A DNA stretch of 64,000 bases from a virus, in the IMG/VR virus record IMGVR_UViG_3300045988_160639, one strand, 5' to 3'. The position numbers and the translations under genes were made by a program. Below, piece after piece: positions 43,835 to 52,594 of this stretch; position 1 is the stretch's first letter; every line of letters starts with the position of its first letter. The notes under the pieces were generated by a model. It made no database searches, was not told the origin of the DNA, and worked only from the letters and a program-made list of their open reading frames with translations.

Positions 43835-44266
43835 ATGGAAATTGTAATAGGTATTATTATTGGTACTGTTTTAAACAGCATCATAAATGTTATAGTGCTG
43901 AAGAATGAGGAAGATTTATTGTTTCAAATTTTTGCTTTTGTAATATTTTTTATTTACGATGCAATTCGTACAGTCATGTACAAAATTAAGAAAATCTTTA
44001 CCTCTCCTTTGTATTGCTATTTGCGATATGATAGGATAAATAAGACTACTTATTATGTCCCATATTTAAAGATAAAAAGATTTGATAAAAAATATAGGGA
44101 TAAATACACTGTTATTGAAAACGATAAAGTCTTGAATAGAAAACTTGAAGAATTTTGGGGTCACGCACTTACGGCGTATGATGTAGAAAGAATAAGGACT
44201 GCAAGGTTTAAAATAAAAGAGGTTGAACAATGCGGTATAAAAATTGCACCAGAATTATTAAAATAA
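43835..44266 (+). CDS. Membrane protein (two N-terminal TM segments)
   Basis: Start reset to MEIVIGIIIGTVLNSIINVIVL...FAFVIFFIYDAI. Confidence 0.5.
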   Translation: MEIVIGIIIGTVLNSIINVIVLKNEEDLLFQIFAFVIFFIYDAIRTVMYKIKKIFTSPLYCYLRYDRINKTTYYVPYLKIKRFDKKYRDKYTVIENDKVLNRKLEEFWGHALTAYDVERIRTARFKIKEVEQCGIKIAPELLK

Positions 44267-44280
44267 TGGAGGAAAATCAA

Positions 44281-44661
44281 ATGAATATGTATGATGAAAT
44301 ACTCAACAAATACGCTCAGTTTCTCGGATATGATGGGAAGGTAAAAGCAGACGAAAAGTATCTGCTCAGTGAGAGAGATAAGCTCGAAAGACTTATTAGG
44401 CTTAATGATGAACTTGACTCGATAGATAAACATAGCAAGGCAAAGAATTATGGCAGGACAATTTTGGCTTGTTATGAAAGTAACTTTGCATATAAATCCG
44501 AAGGTGAACCTGCTTGTCAAGAACCAGACCCTGAAATGATAATTTTTAAGATTTGTTATGCTAAAAAAGTTCCTTGTATTTGTTTTGAAATTGATGTCAG
44601 GGGCAATACATATAGAGAAATAACCTTTAAAGAAGTAACAGATATTCTGCATCTGAGGTAA
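44281..44661 (+). CDS. Hypothetical protein upstream of hicA
   Basis: Start reset to MNMYDEIL (SD ATGGAGGA). Confidence 0.5.
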   Translation: MNMYDEILNKYAQFLGYDGKVKADEKYLLSERDKLERLIRLNDELDSIDKHSKAKNYGRTILACYESNFAYKSEGEPACQEPDPEMIIFKICYAKKVPCICFEIDVRGNTYREITFKEVTDILHLR

Positions 44662-44665
44662 TACT

Positions 44666-44842
44666 ATGGATATAAGGAAGTTTCTTACAATGCTAACGGA
44701 TAATGGCTTCACATTTCTCCGAAACGGCAGCGGAAGTCATCAAATATGGATAAATGCCAATGGGAATGTTTTCTCGTTCCTATACGGCAAGTCCGTATAT
44801 AAGGGAATTGTGTGGCAATTCAGACGAAGATTTTGTAAATGA
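44666..44842 (+). CDS. hicA: HicA-like mRNA interferase toxin (58 aa, below the ORF-track cutoff)
   Basis: MDIRKFLTMLTDNGFTFLRNGSGSHQIWINANGNVFSFLYGKSVYKGIVWQFRRRFCK. The GSH plus basic-tail pattern matches HicA/YcfA. Confidence 0.6.
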   Translation: MDIRKFLTMLTDNGFTFLRNGSGSHQIWINANGNVFSFLYGKSVYKGIVWQFRRRFCK

Positions 44843-44855
44843 CACGAAAGGATTG

Positions 44856-45281
44856 ATGAAAATGAGTATAGAAGGTATAAAAAATCAGTTGTCCCAATGT
44901 TTTAAAAACGGAAAAATCGAATTTCTCACATTTATAGATGGTAGTAAAGTCAAACGCATATACACAAATATAAAAGATATTGATACCGACACCAGCGAAG
45001 AAACTCATCTCAATATCACACCTCACAAAGAGAAGGTGGAATTTGAATTGATGAAAGGTAATAATATAGTATATATTATAGAAGATACATATGATAATAT
45101 CCTTGGAATAGCCTTTACACAGTGGTTCAAGCCAATTTTAAGAAATATTGTCAAAGATAAATACGAACTGGAAGGGAAGATAAGATCCGATGAATTAACA
45201 GGAACAGATTATTGTCAGATCAGAGAAGACGGAATATTGCTTTTTAACAATCTCTCTGAAATAATAGAATTTGCAATTTAG
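44856..45281 (+). CDS. Hypothetical protein downstream of hicA (not recognisably HicB)
   Basis: Start reset to MKMSIEGIK (AAAGGA upstream). Confidence 0.5.
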   Translation: MKMSIEGIKNQLSQCFKNGKIEFLTFIDGSKVKRIYTNIKDIDTDTSEETHLNITPHKEKVEFELMKGNNIVYIIEDTYDNILGIAFTQWFKPILRNIVKDKYELEGKIRSDELTGTDYCQIREDGILLFNNLSEIIEFAI

Positions 45282-45386
45282 ACACAAAATATAGTATAAA
45301 TAAAAATATGTAAATGATAAAATATAGATAATAAAACGTAGAACAACGGATTTACTGCTAATCTGAATGAAAGGAGAAAATAAAAA

Positions 45387-45812
45387 ATGATTGCTAATAG
45401 CTCAACTGATTTTAGACATTATGATAATAAGTATCATTCAACTGTGATGGAATATCACCGTGGCGATATTGTCTGGGTCGATTTTGGAAATACGGTCGGC
45501 TCAGAACAAGGTGATATCCGTCCAGCCGTAATAATACAAAATGAAGTAGGAAATAAACACTCACCATGCCTTATAGTGGCTATCATGACCAGTAAGGAGA
45601 AAAAGCCAATGGTAACGCACGTAAGTATAAATCCATCTGTAGAGACCGGATTAACAAAGCCTACTACTGTAATGACAGAACAGATAAGAACTATTGATAA
45701 GAGCCGAGTTCTGAGCTGGGCAGGAAAGCTTGGTGAAAGAATGATGACTTGTATTGATAGAGCCATCGCTGCAAGCTTTGGTCTGGAAAATAATTCTGCG
45801 TATTCTGTATAA
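45387..45812 (+). CDS. mazF: MazF/PemK-family endoribonuclease toxin
   Basis: GDIVWVDFGNTVGSEQGDIRPAVIIQNEVGNKHSPCLIVAIMTS...TVMTEQIRTIDKSR. Confidence 0.8.
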   Translation: MIANSSTDFRHYDNKYHSTVMEYHRGDIVWVDFGNTVGSEQGDIRPAVIIQNEVGNKHSPCLIVAIMTSKEKKPMVTHVSINPSVETGLTKPTTVMTEQIRTIDKSRVLSWAGKLGERMMTCIDRAIAASFGLENNSAYSV

Positions 45813-45877
45813 TTTATCTTGACAAATCAGAAAGAAGATGATAAAATTGATTTAGTGAATATAGAAAGGACGATTAT

Positions 45878-46849
45878 ATGGTACCATACTTTGAAGAATA
45901 TTGTCAGCATATTATTGAAAAGAATCCCAGTTTTGGTAATTACGCACTGAGGATATCGTGTTTAAACAAAGTAGAGAAAAATATATTTGATATGTCAGCC
46001 GAGGAAATTGCTGATGCTGTAGAAGCTGATAAAAAGAAAATTACTACTTTAAATGCTTTATACGGCGTTTTGTGTGACTATTACAGATGGGTAAATAAGA
46101 CTTATGATTTATCCATAAAGGATAGTTTTTACGAAATCAATAGACTTAAAAGTATAGTATCCGATATAAAAACCGAAAGCGGTAAAGATGAATACTTTAC
46201 TACTTTTTCAGAATTGAAACAGGCTTTAACTCAGGCAGAAGAGGATTATCTTATTCTGCAAGAATCTGAATTATCCGAAAAAATGTATGAAAGTTTAGTT
46301 GTGCGACAAAAGAAATTCAATGTATTTAATGTATTTCTTTGGGAGCAACTTACAACAGATGATATGATTTCTATTACATTGTCTGATGCAAGGAATATAA
46401 TCAGTACCAAACAGCTGACCGTCAACGGAAAGTCTATTGAACTTTCAGATGAGGAAATTCAGTTTATTGATGACCTGTATTCGGAAATATTAGAATTGCA
46501 AGCACAGGATGAGCAAAATAGCGTAAAAAGACAGTATAAAAGAAAAACAAAGAATTGGACATATGATAATTTATTTAATTCCGAAAAGAAATCAAGTTTC
46601 GTAAATTTAAAGTGGAACGCAATGGGGGCATTTATACAGGATGTGCGACTGGAAGCTCCCAATGTTAAAAAAGCAGGTATGTTCAATAAAATGTATCAGT
46701 ATGAAAGAAAAAATGATTATGTCTTTTCTGGAGACATGAATAGTGCAGAAACATATGCTCGGACATTCAATACTTCAGTGACCAAAGCATATCGTATGGT
46801 GAGCGAATACAATAAGTTCAGACAGAGTATTGAGAATGCAGAAAATTAA
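45878..46849 (+). CDS. Hypothetical protein
   Basis: 323-aa ORF with SD GAAAGGA. No catalytic motif recognised. Confidence 0.6.
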   Translation: MVPYFEEYCQHIIEKNPSFGNYALRISCLNKVEKNIFDMSAEEIADAVEADKKKITTLNALYGVLCDYYRWVNKTYDLSIKDSFYEINRLKSIVSDIKTESGKDEYFTTFSELKQALTQAEEDYLILQESELSEKMYESLVVRQKKFNVFNVFLWEQLTTDDMISITLSDARNIISTKQLTVNGKSIELSDEEIQFIDDLYSEILELQAQDEQNSVKRQYKRKTKNWTYDNLFNSEKKSSFVNLKWNAMGAFIQDVRLEAPNVKKAGMFNKMYQYERKNDYVFSGDMNSAETYARTFNTSVTKAYRMVSEYNKFRQSIENAEN

Positions 46850-47005
46850 GAGAAATATGGAAGTGAAAATCACTTCCAATACATAAAGCAAAGCAAATAA
46901 TAAAATATTTGCAAAAGCACTTGACAAGTGCAGGGTTATCGAGTATAATATATATGTAGTCAAATGATAAGCAAGTAATAAGATTTAGTATCAAAATAAA
47001 TATAT

Positions 47006-47080
47006 TTGGGATTAGTATAATGAGAAGTACATCAGCCTTTGACACTGATAGTTTCGGGGCAGAGCCGAAATCCCAAACCA
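47006..47080 (+). tRNA. tRNA-Gln (anticodon UUG), non-canonical T-loop
   Basis: TTGGGAT TA GTAT AATGAGAA GTAC A TCAGC CTTTGAC ACTGA TAGT TTCGG GGCAGAG CCGAA ATCCCAA A CCA. Confidence 0.65.
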
Positions 47081-47150
47081 AATGTTAGTTTTATTCTGGC
47101 ATAGCCTCCCTACGGTTTCTCTGACTTCCGTATAAAAAAGTCAGGAATAA

Positions 47151-47224
47151 GCACCATTAGTTCAATAGTAGAACAAACGACTTTTAATCGTTAAACATCG
47201 GGGCAGAACCGATATGGTGTACCA
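47151..47224 (+). tRNA. tRNA-Lys (anticodon UUU), non-canonical T-loop
   Basis: GCACCAT TA GTTC AATAGTA GAAC A AACGA CTTTTAA TCGTT AAAC ATCGG GGCAGAA CCGAT ATGGTGT A CCA. Confidence 0.7.
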
Positions 47225-47474
47225 TTGGTGGTTGATTGATACTGTCAAGGTATCTTCAATCTAATACATATTTTGTCTGATGCTCTGCAAAGCTCAGACA
47301 TACTTATAAAAGATATCGCAATATTTTTTATAAGTATTTCATTAAAATATGTGTTAAGTGTCTAAACAGCAATAACAAGTCGTATTCTGTTGGCACTAAA
47401 AATCGAATATGAGGTTTCATATTAACAAATAGCGACTTTGAACGGATGAAAAACCTGCTAAGTGGTTTAAATAT

Positions 47475-47551
47475 CTCCCAATAGTCCAATCGGCAGAGAC
47501 ACAGAACTTAAAATTCTGACAGTGTGGATTCGAGTTCCACTTGGGAGACCA
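47475..47551 (+). tRNA. tRNA with anticodon UAA (Leu codon UUA) but a short variable arm
   Basis: CTCCCAA TA GTC CAATCGGCAGA GAC A CAGAA CTTAAAA TTCTG ACAGT GTGGA TTCGAGT TCCAC TTGGGAG A CCA. The T-loop is canonical. Confidence 0.65.
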
Positions 47552-47709
47552 AATCTGAAATTGGAAAAAACAGCAACATTAGGGTTGTTTGTAGAACAAG
47601 AGTAGGCGAGTAGTTCACGAAACGAATAGCAACTTTGTGGTTTTAGCGGATGAGGATAACTTTAGAATGAACCGCCCAAAAGCCTGTGAGGATAATCAGG
47701 CACTCATCT

Positions 47710-47794
47710 GCTCCTATGGTGGAATTGCAAGACACGCTTGACTCAAAATCAAGTACCGAAAGGTGTGACGGTTGGAATCCGTCTGGGAGTACCA
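47710..47794 (+). tRNA. tRNA-Leu (anticodon CAA), type II with a long variable arm
   Basis: GCTCCTA TG GTG GAATTGCAAGA CAC G CTTGA CTCAAAA TCAAG TACCGAAAGGTGT GACGG TTGGAAT CCGTC TGGGAGT A CCA. Confidence 0.65.
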
Positions 47795-47834
47795 AAACAG
47801 ATAAGACAAACAAAATAGTTTTATTATAGTTATG

Positions 47835-48080
47835 TTATTTTTCATTGTAACTCTTATCAATAGTTATAGCACCTGCATCATATAATCCTCTTATAGCTGT
47901 TCCAACATTACTTTCGTCCATGCCAAGATTATCAGCTATTGTTTCATACGTTACATTTGTGTTATTCTGAAGATTTCTTATCAGACACAAGTAAACTAAG
48001 TATTCTGTTGAGGATATTATTTTATTTATCGTCTTATCTGTTATTTTTGCGGAACGCCTGATGCTAAAGTTGAGATTACA
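47835..48080 (-). CDS. Winged-helix-like small ORF with no canonical start for its N-terminal helix (possibly decaying)
   Basis: The open frame reads ...STEYLVYLCLIRNLQNNTNVTYETIADNLGMDESNVGTAIRGLYDAGAITIDKSYNEK. The only canonical start is the TTG at 47990, inside helix 1. Confidence 0.3.
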   Translation of the reverse strand, partial: CNLNFSIRRSAKITDKTINKIISSTEYLVYLCLIRNLQNNTNVTYETIADNLGMDESNVGTAIRGLYDAGAITIDKSYNEK

Positions 48081-48091
48081 TCAAAACTTAT

Positions 48092-48397
48092 GTGGTTCAT
48101 CACCACACTTCCGCTCCAACTAAACTTAAATTTTATTGTGTATCAAAGGAGATGTTAAAAACGGAAGTGAAAGTGAAATATAAATTCTATGTCAGTAGAA
48201 TAGATAATTCTCCTATTCTTAAATTTTCTTTTACATATTATGGTCATTGGTTTTATAGAAATATGAATTTAAGATGGGATGAAGAATGGGAAGAATATTT
48301 ATTTAAGAAGTTTAACAATGACCAAGTAGGAATTGAAGAAAAGGATTTTTTAAAATCAATAAAATATAAAAATGGGATTATATGGCTTGTCAATTGA
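48092..48397 (+). CDS. Hypothetical protein (start uncertain)
   Basis: ORF-track entry. The GGAGATGTTAAAA context suggests a start around 48152-48170. Confidence 0.45.
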   Translation: MVHHHTSAPTKLKFYCVSKEMLKTEVKVKYKFYVSRIDNSPILKFSFTYYGHWFYRNMNLRWDEEWEEYLFKKFNNDQVGIEEKDFLKSIKYKNGIIWLVN

Positions 48398-48587
48398 AGA
48401 TATAATTTTTGTTTTTGATAGACTAAACTTAGAAACAATAATAAGGGATTTGGTCATTGGCATAATTGAATCTTACAATGAAAAACATCAATCAAAAATA
48501 AAGCATAAAAAAGATATATTGCATCTGAAAAATTTAGCTACAAAAGATTATAAAATATTAAGTATTACCGAGGAGATGTTAAAATGA
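48372..48587 (+). CDS. Hypothetical small protein
   Basis: 71-aa ORF overlapping both neighbours. Confidence 0.45.
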   Translation: MGLYGLSIEDIIFVFDRLNLETIIRDLVIGIIESYNEKHQSKIKHKKDILHLKNLATKDYKILSITEEMLK

Positions 48588-48856
48588 ACGTTGTAGTTGT
48601 AATAGTTAAACACGAAAATTGTGGAGCAAAGTATGTATTTCTTGTTCCTGAAGACAAAACGCTCAAAACTGGGGATTTAGTCAAGGTAAATACAAAGCGT
48701 GGCGAAACACTTGCAACCTGTCTGTGTGATAGTTTTACAATAGATACAACAGATAAGGAAAAGATGAAGAGTATTTTCAATGCTTTTGGTGTAGATGAAC
48801 CGACTGCTTATGTTTTTGGTAAATTTACATATGACGAATGGAAAAGAATAGAATAA
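48584..48856 (+). CDS. Hypothetical small protein
   Basis: 90-aa ORF with SD GAGGAG. Confidence 0.6.
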   Translation: MNVVVVIVKHENCGAKYVFLVPEDKTLKTGDLVKVNTKRGETLATCLCDSFTIDTTDKEKMKSIFNAFGVDEPTAYVFGKFTYDEWKRIE

Positions 48857-48886
48857 AATTCTGATTTTGTGAAAGGAAATATACAT

Positions 48887-49003
48887 ATGTTTTGGATAGG
48901 AATTGCAATAGGATTTATAATCGGAATAATCACACTCACGGCAATATCTTGTGTAATAGCATCTGGTGAGGTAGAAAAGAATGAGAATAAGACAGATTAT
49001 TGA
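48887..49003 (+). CDS. 38-aa single-TM micropeptide
   Basis: MFWIGIAIGFIIGIITLTAISCVIASGEVEKNENKTDY with SD GAAAGGA. Confidence 0.4.
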   Translation: MFWIGIAIGFIIGIITLTAISCVIASGEVEKNENKTDY

Positions 49004-49145
49004 TAGAATAACGTTTATTCCTTGGTGTTGGTTTGAGGTTACTATATTGCATAATAACATCAACATAGATAGATGTTATAAATACGGTTATTGTTCTAAA
49101 TTGCAGTATAAGTTATGTAAATTTATGATAAGAAGGTGATGAAAT

Positions 49146-49349
49146 ATGGGACAGCATAAACATAATCCAATAGCAATTAAAGTCAAAAATGGTGAAATTA
49201 AGCCTAAAGAAAAAGGTATGAGTGAAGCTGAGTCTTGGAGAAGAGTACAAGATGCTTGTCGTTCATATTTTAAAGAAACTTTTCCAATATATACACCAGC
49301 TTATTATGATGCTTATGATGATGAATTTTGGAAATTACTTGGAGGATAA
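49146..49349 (+). CDS. Hypothetical small protein
   Basis: 67-aa ORF with SD AGAAGGTGA. Confidence 0.55.
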   Translation: MGQHKHNPIAIKVKNGEIKPKEKGMSEAESWRRVQDACRSYFKETFPIYTPAYYDAYDDEFWKLLGG

Positions 49350-49354
49350 AGATA

Positions 49355-49669
49355 ATGGAACTTAATTCTAATGGTGTAAACAAAGTTACTAAAGCACAAA
49401 TCAAGAGTAAGATACATAAAGTTTGCGTGAATAGATTTCCCGTGTATGACAGTGACGGAAGAGTTCAACTTTATAGACGACCAGACCTGTCTGAATGGGC
49501 AGCGAAAGCAGCTGCTGATGGTGAAAGATACTTCTATATTGAGGCTATAAACCCCAATATCAATGGCGGTAAGCTTAGATTATGCTGTCCTAAATACGAG
49601 TACAGAGTTGATAGTCTCACGCAGGAAGAATATAATGCCCTGAAAGAATTATTAAATGGAGATGATTAA
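49355..49669 (+). CDS. Hypothetical protein
   Basis: Start reset to MELNSNG (SD TTGGAGGA). Confidence 0.6.
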   Translation: MELNSNGVNKVTKAQIKSKIHKVCVNRFPVYDSDGRVQLYRRPDLSEWAAKAAADGERYFYIEAINPNINGGKLRLCCPKYEYRVDSLTQEEYNALKELLNGDD

Positions 49670-49671
49670 TT

Positions 49672-50181
49672 ATGACAACAGAAGAAAAAATCGCAGAACT
49701 TGAAACCAGCTGTAAGGCAATGACAGAGAAAATCGAAAGACTCAAAGCTGAACTTGTTGAGAAAAATGAAACAGTGTGGCTGCCTAAAAGCGGAGATGGT
49801 TATTCTTGTATCCAAGGTGATGGCAATATTTTGATTGGCCTTTATAGATCAATTAGTTCCTATGATTTGGGATTAATTAATATGAACGCTGCGTTTAAAC
49901 CAGACACTGAAACTCAAAGACATCTTCGGTGGTATCGTGACAACGTTCTCCGTGTTCAGAATAAGCTGATGCAGCTTCACGAGTTGCTGTGTCCTGATTA
50001 TTTTCCTGATTGGGAAGATGATGAACGCAAATGTTATATTTATTATCATTATAAAAAGAATGAGTGGTGTTGCGATAATATACAAAGTATGAAAGAATTT
50101 ATTGTTTATTTCAATGCGAAAGCAGCAAAAAAGGCTTGCGAAATTCTCAACAGAGAAAAGTTTATGATGGAAAGTATATAA
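49672..50181 (+). CDS. Hypothetical protein
   Basis: 169-aa ORF with SD AATGGAGA. Confidence 0.6.
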   Translation: MTTEEKIAELETSCKAMTEKIERLKAELVEKNETVWLPKSGDGYSCIQGDGNILIGLYRSISSYDLGLINMNAAFKPDTETQRHLRWYRDNVLRVQNKLMQLHELLCPDYFPDWEDDERKCYIYYHYKKNEWCCDNIQSMKEFIVYFNAKAAKKACEILNREKFMMESI

Positions 50182-50312
50182 TATAATAAAAGAAATGTTT
50201 TGTGGTGGATTTATATAAACGAAAAGCGACCACCATTGTAATAAACAGTGATCGCTACATAGCTGATTCCTCGGTATTAGACATTGGGATTCGTCCCTTC
50301 TCTATTAATTTG

Positions 50313-50615
50313 TTACCTAATAAGACCTATAAAATACACCAGCACGCTTACCGAAATGATCATTATTCCGAATGATACGCCTATAGAAATAATAATTTTC
50401 GCAAAAGCCTTCAGCTGTGGAGGAGAAAAGTTTGACACAACATTGACTTTGGGGTTTCCACTTTTTACAATAGAGTTTTTTGTAGGTCTATACTGATCAC
50501 CTTTAAGCTTCTTGCTTTTTTGTTTCTTGCAGGTTGTCTGAGATTTTGATTTTTCCTGAGTATTTACGTTGGTGTTTAACTGTGGTCTTATGCCGAGATG
50601 CCCTCCTGATTCCAT
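50313..50615 (-). CDS. Basic tail-anchored membrane protein
   Basis: 100 aa. Lys/Gln/Ser-rich N-terminus and a C-terminal TM segment (IIISIGVSFGIMIISVSVLVYFIGLI). SD AAGGAGG. It is the lone minus-strand gene here. Confidence 0.6.
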   Translation of the reverse strand: MESGGHLGIRPQLNTNVNTQEKSKSQTTCKKQKSKKLKGDQYRPTKNSIVKSGNPKVNVVSNFSPPQLKAFAKIIISIGVSFGIMIISVSVLVYFIGLIR

Positions 50616-50703
50616 TTGATAGACCTCCTTATATTTAATAATTTTCTAAGGCGTCTCGGACTATTTTTCGCACAATTAATTACTAATTGTGAACGCATCC
50701 TAT

Positions 50704-50732
50704 AATATAACATGTTTTAATGTAAAAGTCAA
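50704..50732 (-). promoter_or_regulatory. Leftward promoter TTGACT-17-TATATT
   Basis: The reverse complement reads TTGACT tttacattaaaacatgt TATATT, upstream of 50313-50615. Confidence 0.55.
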
Positions 50733-50913
50733 GTACCAATTTGCATAATTATTGAGCATATATTGTGTGTAAATATCACAAAAAGGAAAATAATGTCACG
50801 AAATGTATAAAAAACAATCAATCAGCTCTAAGCTGTTTATATAGATTTTACCTTAATTCCGTCCGAAAGGACGTTTATATAGATATTCTTATTTTGTAAA
50901 AGGAGTGGTTGAA

Positions 50914-51237
50914 ATGGCTAAGACAAAGCCGATTAAGGTATTTATTTCTCAGGTAATGAGAGATAAGACAGAGGAAGAAATTCTTACAGAAAGAAATCTT
51001 GCTATTGATAAGGTCAAGAAGATTTTCCCTGACAGAGAAGTTGAGGTTATTGATAGTTATTTTGAGGACTATAACCCAACGGGTGGAAGTGTTCCTCTAA
51101 AGTATCTTTCCAAGGCTATTGAACTTCTTGCAGATGCTGACATTGCTTATTTTTGCTTTGGTTGGGATACGGCAAGAGGTTGTAAGATAGAACACCAGTG
51201 TACTGTTGAATATGGAATAAATAGAATTTATGGGTAA
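50914..51237 (+). CDS. DUF4406 / nucleoside 2-deoxyribosyltransferase-like protein
   Basis: KVFISQVMRD...LADADIAYFCFGWDTARGCKIEHQ resembles the Rossmann-like NDT/DUF4406 pattern. Confidence 0.45.
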   Translation: MAKTKPIKVFISQVMRDKTEEEILTERNLAIDKVKKIFPDREVEVIDSYFEDYNPTGGSVPLKYLSKAIELLADADIAYFCFGWDTARGCKIEHQCTVEYGINRIYG

Positions 51238-51434
51238 TGCTAAAGAACTGAGGAACGATTGAATCAAATCAGTCTGAAAAAGAATATAATAACGGCATTT
51301 GTTCTGAATGTGGCGGTCATTATAAATTTGTAAGCTCTTCTCACATTAGGAATAGTAGTGATGAATATTATTACTCTTGCGAAGATTGTGGCTATACAAT
51401 AATGACACACATATTTTATCGAGGAGGGAATTGA
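51237..51434 (+). CDS. Zn-ribbon small protein with an in-frame TGA at codon 5 (or an ATT start at 51258)
   Basis: The ATG overlaps the upstream stop (TAATG) and reads MLKN-TGA-GTIESNQSEKEYNNGICSECGGHYKFV...SCEDCGYTIMTHIFYRGGN. No canonical start follows the TGA. Confidence 0.4.
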
Positions 51435-51563
51435 GCTGTGGGTTATAGGGCGAGAGACAGAACACGACTAAACCAAGATTTTATTGGATTTTAAAAATGT
51501 AAGTAAATAATAATATAAGCGTTAAAATTATTAAATTATACATATTGAAAGGATTTTGAATTT

Positions 51564-52532
51564 ATGAGTATGAAGAAGTTTGAAAACACAATTACAATGG
51601 CTGGTATTCTTGTTAAGCATACACTTGAAGAAGCTACATACGGAACTAACAATGATATTGAGTGTATTCGTGGTGAAGTAATTATCAGAACAGCCGATGA
51701 AGGCGAACACTCGGTTAGATTCTTTGCTAATAAGTATAAGAAGGATGCGAATGGTAACTTTACATCGGAAGAAAATAAGATTTATAAGTCGCTCAGTACA
51801 GTTATGAATGAGTACAGAACTCTGGAAGAATATCCTGATGACCCTGATTATGTCGAGATTACATCTGCTTCATTTGGTGTAATGGACTATGTGTCTAAGA
51901 ATACAAATGAGCTTGTAACGATCAATACTATTTCTTCTAACTTCATCAACAGAATTACTAAGGAAAAGTATGAAGCATCTTCTCCTACAGCGACATTTGA
52001 GGTTGCCGGTGTAATAGCAAGTATTAAGGATGAAATTATTAAGGAAACTCCTACTGGAAATCTGATTGTTATTATGAATGTAATCAATCAGATTAAGAAG
52101 GGCAACGGTAAGGATGCTACATTTGACGTTAAGGATATGTTTCCTCTTAGACTGACTATTCCTGCCGATCTTGCAGACACTTTTAGAAGTATGTATTCTG
52201 AGGGTGTATTTACTAAGGTTTGTGGAGATGTAATTAATAGAACAGAAACCACAACAAAGACTGAAAAGGCAGCTTTCGGTAAGGATATTGTAAAGACATT
52301 CACAAATACAGTAAGAAAGAATGAAGTAACGAGTGGCGTAGAGCCTGTAGATATTTATTCCGTTGGTCTCACCGATGAAATTTGTTCTCAGCTCATTTCG
52401 AGAAGAAATGCAACTATTGCAGAAGTAAAGAATGGCAAGAAGAATAGTTCATCGTCAAACACAACAACTGAAAACACAGTGTCAGCTTCTACATCTAATC
52501 CTTTTGCTTCAAAGAACCCTTTTGCTAAGTAA
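51564..52532 (+). CDS. Single-stranded DNA-binding-like protein
   Basis: 322 aa, first large gene of the replication module. Has a Ser/Thr/Asn linker and a terminal NPFASKNPFAK tail reminiscent of SSB C-terminal tips. Confidence 0.45.
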   Translation: MSMKKFENTITMAGILVKHTLEEATYGTNNDIECIRGEVIIRTADEGEHSVRFFANKYKKDANGNFTSEENKIYKSLSTVMNEYRTLEEYPDDPDYVEITSASFGVMDYVSKNTNELVTINTISSNFINRITKEKYEASSPTATFEVAGVIASIKDEIIKETPTGNLIVIMNVINQIKKGNGKDATFDVKDMFPLRLTIPADLADTFRSMYSEGVFTKVCGDVINRTETTTKTEKAAFGKDIVKTFTNTVRKNEVTSGVEPVDIYSVGLTDEICSQLISRRNATIAEVKNGKKNSSSSNTTTENTVSASTSNPFASKNPFAK

Positions 52533-52594
52533 TTGTATATAAATAACTGTCTATTTAAATTTGTAATTGTGATATTGAAAGGAAATAATAATAT

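Noticed and set aside
46775-47081. Minus-strand ORFs 46775-46963 and 46818-47081
   Set aside because: They overlap the end of gene 45878-46849 and the tRNA-Gln gene, and have no SD.
47225-47709. Additional tRNAs between the annotated ones
   Set aside because: Only simple hairpins are present (for example ACTTATAAAA...TTTTATAAGT and GCCTG...CAGGC). No cloverleaf with paired acceptor ends could be built.
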